From the NCBI GenBank assembly GCA_012401045.1, contig GCA_012401045.1_4704.1: a DNA stretch of 64,000 nt. One strand, 5' to 3'. The notes under the pieces are model-generated. The model was not told the DNA's origin, did no database searches, and saw only the letters and a list, made by a program, of their open reading frames with translations. Shown in pieces: positions 40,872-49,032 of this stretch. Position 1 is the stretch's first letter, and every line of letters begins with the position of its first letter. A program made the position numbers and the translations under genes. Source of the stretch: a phage.

Positions 40872-41558
40872 TTAACACATGATTTCACCATGTTTCTTTT
40901 CGACATACGTATAAACATCATCCAAATAAGCAATGAGTTTATCACGATCCGCACAAAGCGATTTAATCGCCGCAATCTCTTTCATATAAAGCTGCTGACC
41001 TAACGCTGGATACGTAATCCAAGCGTAGCCGTCAGGCGCAAATTTAGAAATAAGATAATCGGCGGTTTCCTGTAATGCGAACTCTTTGCTCATCTGACCG
41101 TAACGATGTTCGATTGCGCGGATACCAAAACGTTCGCTATCAAGACGACCCATATCCGCCAGACGAAGCACCTGAGAAGCAACCGAGCTGCGTGGACCAG
41201 AGTACGAGGCACGATGTTCAGCAATAAGTACACGTATCTCTTCGATGTCTTCCGGTGTGAAAATATGCTGCTCGTTACGAAGCAGAATAACCGACGCACG
41301 AATACCCCCGATAAGGTGGTGGTAGGTTCTGTTTTCATGGCAAGCGATATCATGCATAAAAGCAGCTGTTAATAGACGGCGGCGTTCGGTAGGTCTAATA
41401 ATCCCAACCACATCAGCAAGTTCATTTGCCAGTTCAACAACAGCAAGCACATGTTCTTCTTGATGTGCAAGATCGTTCTTCCGAATATTTTCAATTACTT
41501 CAGCGCGTGTTTCCTGAGATAAGAAATTTAAACAATCCAACGAATATAAAGATTTCAT
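40872..41558 (-). CDS. HD-domain phosphohydrolase-like protein
   Basis: H ... HD arrangement (HQEEHVLAV ... AAFMHDIACHE) typical of HD-domain metal sites; conserved 20-nt motif ~45 nt upstream. Confidence 0.45.
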   Translation of the reverse strand: MKSLYSLDCLNFLSQETRAEVIENIRKNDLAHQEEHVLAVVELANELADVVGIIRPTERRRLLTAAFMHDIACHENRTYHHLIGGIRASVILLRNEQHIFTPEDIEEIRVLIAEHRASYSGPRSSVASQVLRLADMGRLDSERFGIRAIEHRYGQMSKEFALQETADYLISKFAPDGYAWITYPALGQQLYMKEIAAIKSLCADRDKLIAYLDDVYTYVEKKHGEIMC

Positions 41559-41603
41559 CGCACGTACCTCTTTGAATCTATTAATAAATTTTCTTTACTC
41601 ACG

Positions 41604-41623
41604 TAAGTAATATAGCCGTGAAA
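41604..41623 (-). promoter_or_regulatory. conserved upstream motif copy 2 (candidate phage promoter)
   Basis: Identical 20-mer ~45 nt upstream of the start codon at 41558. Confidence 0.4.
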
Positions 41624-41702
41624 GGATTTGTGTTGGCCCGTTTCGATGCCCATCGTATTTTATGGATTGTCGAATGACGTCATTTTAAGGGACATCCCCG
41701 GC

Positions 41703-41737
41703 CTCCTCCCCAGGAAAGGTGTGGGGAGGAGTTTTTA
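41703..41737 (+). terminator. terminator-like hairpin plus T-tract in divergent intergenic region
   Basis: Stem CTCCTCCCC/GGGGAGGAG followed by TTTTTA on the plus strand, directly upstream of the SNF2 helicase gene. Confidence 0.45.
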
Positions 41738-41766
41738 TCATACATTCTATTAAATCGAGCGCGATT

Positions 41767-43848
41767 ATGTTGGATAGAATCAATCGTCTAATGAACCGAA
41801 TAACGGTTAAAAATCAGAGTAACAATACCGTGCATATCGGGGGTATCGATGCCTGGCGTCTTTCAGATGACATTCAGCGAATATGGGGTACCTCCCGATT
41901 TACGAAACATATGTTTCGTAATTTCTCTTCTAGTGGACTCAGCCTCCACAACTTTTACCTCCCCGATTTCGTTTATATTCTCGAGACGATCATCGAAGCA
42001 AAGAATACCCGCAGTAACAAACGCATGCTGAAACACCTTATTGAGGTACTGCTACAGGAAACCTGGTTGCAAAATACCACAATCGAGCAACCTGCAATCC
42101 TCGATAAAGCACGCATGAACAAAATGCTAACGCTCTCTTTGTTCGATTATCAAGATGAGTTTATCGACATCTATAACCGTAACGTACCTAAATATCGACT
42201 GAAAGGATACGTGTGCGCGATGGGTGCCGGTGCGGGTAAAACGATCACCGCGTTGGCATTAAGCGCCGCAATGAACGTCGATGTATTTGTGGTCTGCTGT
42301 CCTAAGAACACGATGCGTTCAGCATGGCAATCCGATGTAAACAAAGCCATCGTTGACCCTGCAACAGAAACCGCGTTCTGGTCAGATACGATGCCACCAT
42401 CACAGCTGCAGAAAAGCGATAAGTACTATTTTCTGCATTACGAATCGATGGGTTTATTAAACGATGTAATGATCAAGCATAAACGCACCGCGAAGCGCGT
42501 GTTGATCGTGGTTGACGAAAGCCATAACTTCAACGACAAGAACAGCCAACGTTCCCAACGACTGGTTGATCTCGTACAGACGATGCGTCAGACCATGAAT
42601 GCGGATGTGCATGTCTTGTTTATGTCAGGTACGCCCGTTAAACAGATGGGTTCTGAGATGATCCCATGTTTAGGTTGTATCGACCCGATGTTCCAAGGAC
42701 AGGTGGTTGATAGCTTCAAAGCAATTTACGGTTTAACCAGCAGTCGCGCTAACGATATCCTCAGACATCGTCTTGGGTTCATGATGCATGTCGTACCTAA
42801 AGAAGCTTATCGTAAAACCCGGCCGGAAGTTCAGGATGTTTACGTGAAGCTCCCTAACGGTAGCGATTATACCATCTCAAGTATCCGCGACGACATGGCG
42901 ATATTTGTACGCGATCGGGCGAAGTATTACAAGGATAACTGGGGGCATTACAGAAAGATTTTTGATGACGCCTTGGACTACTATCGTAAGACTATTCGTA
43001 CCGACGGAGAACGTAAAGAGCTATCTCGATACGAATCGATTGTTGCTCGTTTCCAGAAAGGTTACGATCCCGTCAGAGACAAAGAAGATGCGATGTTCTG
43101 CAACACGTTTGAAAAACGTTCCATCATGCCGGTTCTTCCTTCTGATTTAAGAGTTGCTTTCAAAGACGCTAAGAGTGTCATCAAGTACGTTGGGTTGAAA
43201 ATTCAGGGTGAAGCGTTGGCACGTGTTCTAGGTGCAGCCCGCATTCAGTGTCATGTCGACATGGTGGAGTACATCGACTTCGAAGGGTACATCAACAACG
43301 CTGAAGCCAAAGTGTTGATCTTCACGTCGTACGTTCAGGTGGTTGAGCGCGTCGACAACCTGCTTCGCGATGCGGGTTTCTTACCTGAACCCATTTACGG
43401 GAAGACCAACAAAAACATCAACCAGATACTTGCTCGCTTACGGGACGATCCTGACAGCGGTCCCGCTATCGCAACATTTGATAGTTTAGCTGAAGGGGTT
43501 CCAATGTTGATGTGTAACGTGGGTCTCTTCTTGAACAATCCGTGGCGCTCATCCGATGAAATCCAGGCCATCAGCCGTCTCGACCGTGTAGGGCAAACAC
43601 AACCCGTTCGGATTTATCGTTTCATGTTAGATACAGGAAGCGAGGGTAACGTTTCTACACGCAGCCACGAAATCATGGAGTTAAGCCGACAGCTTGTTGA
43701 AGAAATCACGGGTGTCAAATACGTGGTGAACAAGCAAGACGATGTTAACTTGCAAGAAACGCTGGCGATGGAAGGATACGATCAATACGTTACCGTAAAC
43801 ACCACGGAATACGATATTAAACCACGACCTGCGTTCTTGGAATGGTGA
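41767..43848 (+). CDS. SNF2-family (SF2) helicase/ATPase
   Basis: Walker A GAGAGKT, Walker B/motif II VVDESHN, motif VI QAISRLDRVGQ. Track start 41719 is a GTG inside a hairpin; ATG at 41767 preferred, but its RBS is weak. Confidence 0.7.
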   Translation: MLDRINRLMNRITVKNQSNNTVHIGGIDAWRLSDDIQRIWGTSRFTKHMFRNFSSSGLSLHNFYLPDFVYILETIIEAKNTRSNKRMLKHLIEVLLQETWLQNTTIEQPAILDKARMNKMLTLSLFDYQDEFIDIYNRNVPKYRLKGYVCAMGAGAGKTITALALSAAMNVDVFVVCCPKNTMRSAWQSDVNKAIVDPATETAFWSDTMPPSQLQKSDKYYFLHYESMGLLNDVMIKHKRTAKRVLIVVDESHNFNDKNSQRSQRLVDLVQTMRQTMNADVHVLFMSGTPVKQMGSEMIPCLGCIDPMFQGQVVDSFKAIYGLTSSRANDILRHRLGFMMHVVPKEAYRKTRPEVQDVYVKLPNGSDYTISSIRDDMAIFVRDRAKYYKDNWGHYRKIFDDALDYYRKTIRTDGERKELSRYESIVARFQKGYDPVRDKEDAMFCNTFEKRSIMPVLPSDLRVAFKDAKSVIKYVGLKIQGEALARVLGAARIQCHVDMVEYIDFEGYINNAEAKVLIFTSYVQVVERVDNLLRDAGFLPEPIYGKTNKNINQILARLRDDPDSGPAIATFDSLAEGVPMLMCNVGLFLNNPWRSSDEIQAISRLDRVGQTQPVRIYRFMLDTGSEGNVSTRSHEIMELSRQLVEEITGVKYVVNKQDDVNLQETLAMEGYDQYVTVNTTEYDIKPRPAFLEW

Positions 43849-43854
43849 TTAAGA

Positions 43855-43890
43855 AGCTCTGCCTGACATCAGGCAGAGCTTTATGCTGTA
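43855..43890 (+). terminator. intrinsic terminator after SNF2 helicase gene
   Basis: Perfect 11-bp stem AGCTCTGCCTG/CAGGCAGAGCT with 4-nt loop, followed by TTTATGCTGTATTTGTT. Confidence 0.75.
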
Positions 43891-43947
43891 TTTGTTGCAA
43901 GATCGTATGACGTATATGCGTTGTACTTATTTAATAAGGCAGAATAA

Positions 43948-45402
43948 ATGAAACTTAAACAAAGCTGGAAAGACGAACTTCTCGCGTTAGTAAACAGCAA
44001 AAACAGTTTACAACTGACATTAGACGATGTAAAATTTGAACTAACGGCACCGGTAAGCGAAGTGCCTGGAACGGTCGTTGTTACAATCAAACCGAACGAT
44101 AATAGTCGCTACTTTAACGAGCAGTCTCTGACCTACATCCGTCGAGACATCGCTAAAAACTTCACTGGGATCCCGTTACGGGTCATCGTTAAAAAAGATA
44201 CCGCTGTAAGGGATATCATCAATACGATTGCTGAACGTTACGGATTGGTATTTGACACAGCCGTCGACTTCCTCGAATCCGAGCTGAATAAACAAATTAC
44301 GTTCGCAGACACCGGTATTAAAGACATTACGGTTCCGGTTGCAAACACGTCTTATGTTTGGGCGGGTAATCTTCAGTTCAATATTGCTAACGATACGTTA
44401 AGCTTGATTACTATCATCAAGAAAACCGATCTTACGAATCTGGTTTATCTGGATGGTGTTGAAGCTGACACATCTGGTTCGTTACTATTAGCAACCGCAG
44501 CACTTGTTAACGAACACGTAAATGAACCGATGGTTGAAAACGAAGATATCGTTAATGAATTTATTAACGTTCTTAATACTCTAGCCAAATATGGTGACAT
44601 AACCGGCGATGAATTAGATGCCGCCTTACAAGCGTACGATGAAGCAGAAAACAGGAATAAAACCACGGTAATAACTCTTGGTGATATCCAGTGTGTTGCA
44701 ACAGAAAAAGACGATTGGGAAATTGGACGTTTACGCGGTCAGATGGTTCTCGCGCTCAAATCCGATAAATACCCGGAGCCCGATAACACGTTCAGGTTGT
44801 TTACGAATGGTGGTGACGTATCGCTAACGTTAAACACAATGAAAGATATAAGTATCGATTGGGGTGATGGGAATAAAGTAACGTTGGATGCTGAAGAAAG
44901 ATACGCGCACCACACATACGCCGACAATAACCAGTACCAAATCGAAATTGTGTCTCGTACGGACCCAGATGTGCTGCGACCAAATTATATTTCTGGGAGT
45001 GAGATAACCGAAGTAATTCACTGGGCTACTACTTCAACAATAGCTCTGAATTTTGTTGGATGCGATAATTTAGCGACTGTTCCAGATGAGATCCCAACTT
45101 CGTGGACAACGTTGGACAGCATGTTTGAAAGTTGTACGAATTTGAATGATCCGTCTATCTCTAACTGGAATACAAGTAACATCACATCAATGAATGGTAT
45201 GTTCGGCGGATGCACTAAATTTAACCAACCTTTAGCTGCCTGGGATGTCAGCTCAGTAACTGACATTGGTGGTATGTTTAACGGATGCAACAGTTTTAAC
45301 CAAGATTTAAGTGGGTGGCGATTACCGTCAGGAGTAACCCACGACAATTACGATAGTGGTGCTTTCTCGTGGCAGACGGAACATAAACCGACGTTCCAGT
45401 AA
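43948..45402 (+). CDS. DUF285/BspA-like repeat protein, paralogue of 31..1785
   Basis: N-terminus KLKQSWKDELLALVNSKN parallels STVYPEWKADLLALVNRKN; C-terminal repeats NWNTSNITSMNGMF...FNQPLAAWDVSSVTDIGGMFNGCNSFNQDLSGW. Confidence 0.65.
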   Translation: MKLKQSWKDELLALVNSKNSLQLTLDDVKFELTAPVSEVPGTVVVTIKPNDNSRYFNEQSLTYIRRDIAKNFTGIPLRVIVKKDTAVRDIINTIAERYGLVFDTAVDFLESELNKQITFADTGIKDITVPVANTSYVWAGNLQFNIANDTLSLITIIKKTDLTNLVYLDGVEADTSGSLLLATAALVNEHVNEPMVENEDIVNEFINVLNTLAKYGDITGDELDAALQAYDEAENRNKTTVITLGDIQCVATEKDDWEIGRLRGQMVLALKSDKYPEPDNTFRLFTNGGDVSLTLNTMKDISIDWGDGNKVTLDAEERYAHHTYADNNQYQIEIVSRTDPDVLRPNYISGSEITEVIHWATTSTIALNFVGCDNLATVPDEIPTSWTTLDSMFESCTNLNDPSISNWNTSNITSMNGMFGGCTKFNQPLAAWDVSSVTDIGGMFNGCNSFNQDLSGWRLPSGVTHDNYDSGAFSWQTEHKPTFQ

Positions 45403-45462
45403 AAAAAAAATAGTTAGCCTATCTTCCTCCCTACCCATAACGGGCGGGGAGGAAGGTTTTAT
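45401..45462. terminator. bidirectional terminator between convergent genes
   Basis: A10 run, stem CTTCCTCCC/GGGAGGAAG, then TTTT; sits between the plus gene ending 45402 and the minus gene ending 45474. Confidence 0.65.
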
Positions 45463-45473
45463 GGCGTTATGAC

Positions 45474-45812
45474 TTAGAACCAGAGTTCTTTCATGAAGTA
45501 GGCTTCCGTATCGTAGATAAGCCACTCATCAGGGATTTCTAAAGGATCGTCTTCGGTTAAGGTGAGCATGTGCAGGGCGAACGCACGCTTAATATCTTCC
45601 AACAGCTTATCATCACCGTAACCTTCGGGTAGTTTACGGTCAGCCAGCTGAGTTTGTTTATAGACATCGCGGAACGCTTCAGGATTATGTTTATCCATCG
45701 GGAATTGTTCAGCAGCCTGAACCATCGAAAGCGTCCAGCTTACAACATTGTAACGCTCACCGTTAATTTCACTGAACTGATCATCGATTAAACAGATTTG
45801 TTGTATATTCAT
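45474..45812 (-). CDS. hypothetical protein
   Basis: 112-aa ORF; convergent with 43948..45402 across a shared terminator. Confidence 0.45.
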   Translation of the reverse strand: MNIQQICLIDDQFSEINGERYNVVSWTLSMVQAAEQFPMDKHNPEAFRDVYKQTQLADRKLPEGYGDDKLLEDIKRAFALHMLTLTEDDPLEIPDEWLIYDTEAYFMKELWF

Positions 45813-46702
45813 TCATTTTCTCCATTCTTATCTTGGTCGCAATCACACTCTTCGACGTCTTTCTTACTTAAACGTAAGACACCGAGTGCGGCATGCTTGA
45901 GTTCTTGCAACGCGCTTTTCAGCTGACCTTCTTCATCGAAATCAAAATACTTCTCGTTGTAGCTTAATGCCGGAATCATATTTACGAGAGGTTCGATGGC
46001 GGGCATCAGCATTTCAATGACGACCTTAGGATCGACAAAGCGTTCAAACCCTTCAGGAAGTTTGCTCGCCACAACCTTATCGTTCTTGATGTAGAATTTG
46101 TTCTTGAATAGATCGTCAAGAATAGCATTCTCTTCATCCGTACGTTTTGCGTGAGGACGATCGATCATCTGCACAAACACACCGCTCAACGCTTCAGGCA
46201 AAGTCGGATTTTCACGAAGATAAGTTCCGGCCGGAATTTCAATATCGATCTTCGCCCACTCAACAACCTGGTGGTCTCGCGTATAGATGACGTCAACTTC
46301 CCATGCCAGACCGTCCGGACTTTCCACGGTGTAACGTGTTTTCGCTTGACCTTCCGGAGCCATACGCTCGATCGCGTCAAACATCTCGACTGGAATTTCG
46401 ACCTCGCTTTCCGTTGCATCACCTGGACCACGATACACCTTCGTGGTCATGATGTATTTCGGTTCTTCGTTATCGATCTGTATCGCACGTGCTCGTACTT
46501 GACCTTTCACACCACCAACGGCCGTGTTATCAAACAACCATTGATGCTGCACCATATGTTCGATTTTTGATGCGACTTGACGAAGACGTTCAACACCGTC
46601 TTCAGCCAGTTTACCAAAGAAGACCAGCTCACGTTCCTGCTGTGTCTCACCACTTAACATCATTAAATTGGCGATTTGTTTCACGCCTCTTACGTGTGAC
46701 AT
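45809..46702 (-). CDS. hypothetical protein
   Basis: 297-aa ORF; no motif recognised. Confidence 0.45.
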   Translation of the reverse strand: MSHVRGVKQIANLMMLSGETQQERELVFFGKLAEDGVERLRQVASKIEHMVQHQWLFDNTAVGGVKGQVRARAIQIDNEEPKYIMTTKVYRGPGDATESEVEIPVEMFDAIERMAPEGQAKTRYTVESPDGLAWEVDVIYTRDHQVVEWAKIDIEIPAGTYLRENPTLPEALSGVFVQMIDRPHAKRTDEENAILDDLFKNKFYIKNDKVVASKLPEGFERFVDPKVVIEMLMPAIEPLVNMIPALSYNEKYFDFDEEGQLKSALQELKHAALGVLRLSKKDVEECDCDQDKNGENE

Positions 46703-46770
46703 ACATGCTCCGGTTATAAGGGCCTGCTTCGAGACCCTTCATTGATTTTTGATTCCACCAAACGCTATCG

Positions 46771-49032
46771 TTACAATTCAAAATCTTCATCGATAACACG
46801 CTGGGTAAGCACTTTGTCGCTGAAGAACTCCACCTTGCGCTGATGGTATTTACGGTGCGCTTCGATAGAAGTACATACCAGATACCAGAACGTTGGCGTC
46901 ATTCCTTCAAACTTTCCTTTCAGCTGACGCAGTCGCCCCAACACCTGAATGTTACCGGTTCGTGACCCCATCGCTAATGTCATGAACGTCATCACCAAGT
47001 CAGGAAGGTCGATACCTGTACCTGCCGATTTCACCGTTGTAACGCTAATATCGTTATCCAGCAAGACCATGAAATCTTCTTCAGCGGTATAAGGACCGAT
47101 CTCTAACTCAGGGATACGTTCACTGAGATAATGCGACAACGACTTACACATATCGACGGTTGCACAATACACCAGCATCTTCATACCTTCCTGATACTGG
47201 TTCATGAAACCCTTGATAATAACGGTATAGATGAAGTTAAAATACGCGAGTTTGAGTTGCTTGTTCTTCATGATAGACTGTTCGAATATCGTGTGTGAAT
47301 AAGCTCCACCAAACCCTTTGTATCTGACTTTATCTGTACTGCGTAGTCGGTACGTTACCGCATTTACCGCAATGTATTTCTTGTATTCGCCTTTCGCATA
47401 ACGAGCTTCTTTCGGATACATCAAATACAGCATCTGTTCGATAAACGGATCATCGGATACCGCTGTTGCCGACAGATAAATGATTTCCGGAATATTGGCG
47501 TAACACTTGACCTTAAACAAGAAATGCAATGCTTCGTGACACTCGTCATGAATCAGCAAACCTATGCCGGTCTTTTCCCAAAACTCAGCGGGATGAAAGG
47601 CATATGGCGCAACGCAGTTATTCTTCTCGTAGTCCGCAATATAACGTTGGAACATGTTCAAGGAGAACAATGCGATTTTAAAGTCGAGTTCACCTTGTTC
47701 AACCAAGGTTTGAAACTCCAACATACTGTAACGAGGAATGTCGGGATGCGGTGGATCCTCCTTAGCGTTCCCGCGTATCTCGATAACGTCCCCTGGTTCC
47801 ATCCCGAAGAAGTTCAGCAGTGAGCTTCGCCAACCTGGCATATACCGTGGAGAAAGTATAATGCCTGTGCGCACACCCCGTCTGAACACGATTTCCTGCG
47901 ACATCGCGGTGTTATGCGTGACGATGTGGTCTTTAATAACATAAAGGCTTTCGTCATTGTCCACCGTGATGCAACGTGCTTTCGCTTTCACTGTCGGTAC
48001 GATGCTATCAATCGCTAAACCAGGAAGCCGGTTAACGGGGAGATCGTCTGGAACCTCAATGTCGTCAGGAATAAGCTTACGCAAATCGGAATGATAAATT
48101 AATGTCTCCATCGTGTAACTATCGATGGGGCATTTATACGCGATTCCTCCTAACTGATAAGCCAACTCCCAAACCTTGGCCGTTATCTGCGAATCGACGG
48201 TTCTGACCGCAAGGTGAGCTTGCCCGTTTCTGATTCTCAGTTCACAGCGACCTTTGATTACCGCCTTAAATTCCTCGATACCGACGAGTTCTTTCGGTTC
48301 GTAAAGTCGGATTCTTATTGGACGAGATCGAGCAGGTCTGTCGTAAAGACATTCCATGATTTCGTCCGTGCTGAGAACCTTATCGGGGTCAGTACACCGC
48401 CAGAGATGATCGCCACACGCTTCAACCATCCTACCGTCTTCAAAGAAGATAGCATGAAGCTGAATATCGTCATGATCAAATATAGCGGTTACGTTCGTCG
48501 GTAACCCATCCGCACCAACAACCTGATCCCCTACCTGAAGCTCACCAATCGGCTTCCAACCTCCTGGAACCTTCACGGGTGTGGTAAGCCGTACCGCTTT
48601 CCCTGACCCCGTTTGAGCGGTGTTTAGGCTCATTCTGAAGGGGGTATCCTTACCCCCGTCCATGTACTCCAACCATTCTTGCTGATCTTCACGCCATGGA
48701 AACTTCCATTTCTTTACGAACTCCACTTCTTTACCTGGTACCGGATCGTGATAGACGATTTCCAACCACTCTTTTCGTATCCCTCGGGAAAAGATAAAAT
48801 CCAAAAACGATTTCAACTGTTCACGGAGTAAGTATACCTCGCTATAATCGCTTCTTGCCGCGGCATACGTGTTTATGGTATCGGTAACCATTCTCCGTGT
48901 ACGAGGGTCACGCCGTTTCCTCAGATGCAAACAACGGTCTCGAAGGTAATGGCCGATAAGATGGGCAAATCGAAGTCCGTATCCGCTCAGCCTCATGCCA
49001 TGCGAGAAGACGTCGATACGAGCTAACTTCAT
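46771..49032 (-). CDS. SF2 DExH-type helicase with an intein-like insertion in the P-loop
   Basis: AQTGSGK then ~229-aa insertion then TAMSQ (reconstituting GSGKT); downstream DECH (motif II), SAT (motif III) and QVLGRLRQ (motif VI). Confidence 0.6.
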   Translation of the reverse strand: MKLARIDVFSHGMRLSGYGLRFAHLIGHYLRDRCLHLRKRRDPRTRRMVTDTINTYAAARSDYSEVYLLREQLKSFLDFIFSRGIRKEWLEIVYHDPVPGKEVEFVKKWKFPWREDQQEWLEYMDGGKDTPFRMSLNTAQTGSGKAVRLTTPVKVPGGWKPIGELQVGDQVVGADGLPTNVTAIFDHDDIQLHAIFFEDGRMVEACGDHLWRCTDPDKVLSTDEIMECLYDRPARSRPIRIRLYEPKELVGIEEFKAVIKGRCELRIRNGQAHLAVRTVDSQITAKVWELAYQLGGIAYKCPIDSYTMETLIYHSDLRKLIPDDIEVPDDLPVNRLPGLAIDSIVPTVKAKARCITVDNDESLYVIKDHIVTHNTAMSQEIVFRRGVRTGIILSPRYMPGWRSSLLNFFGMEPGDVIEIRGNAKEDPPHPDIPRYSMLEFQTLVEQGELDFKIALFSLNMFQRYIADYEKNNCVAPYAFHPAEFWEKTGIGLLIHDECHEALHFLFKVKCYANIPEIIYLSATAVSDDPFIEQMLYLMYPKEARYAKGEYKKYIAVNAVTYRLRSTDKVRYKGFGGAYSHTIFEQSIMKNKQLKLAYFNFIYTVIIKGFMNQYQEGMKMLVYCATVDMCKSLSHYLSERIPELEIGPYTAEEDFMVLLDNDISVTTVKSAGTGIDLPDLVMTFMTLAMGSRTGNIQVLGRLRQLKGKFEGMTPTFWYLVCTSIEAHRKYHQRKVEFFSDKVLTQRVIDEDFEL
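47911..48597 (-). mobile_element. putative intein (Hint domain, about 229 aa) within the helicase gene
   Basis: N-terminal AVRLTTPVKVPGGWKPIGELQVGDQVVGADG resembles Hint block A; C-terminal RCITVDNDESLYVIKDHIVTHN followed by Thr resembles blocks F/G (HN plus nucleophile). Confidence 0.5.

Noticed and set aside
41719-41766. Track start of the SNF2 helicase ORF (GTG at 41719).
   Set aside because: The GTG lies inside the stem of the upstream hairpin with no usable ribosome-binding site; the ATG at 41767 is preferred although its own ribosome-binding site is weak.
43891-43947. Sigma70-like promoter upstream of the plus-strand DUF285 gene (TTGCAA / TATATG candidates).
   Set aside because: Spacing between the candidate -35 and -10 hexamers is 12-14 nt, not 16-18, so no convincing sigma70 promoter could be assigned.
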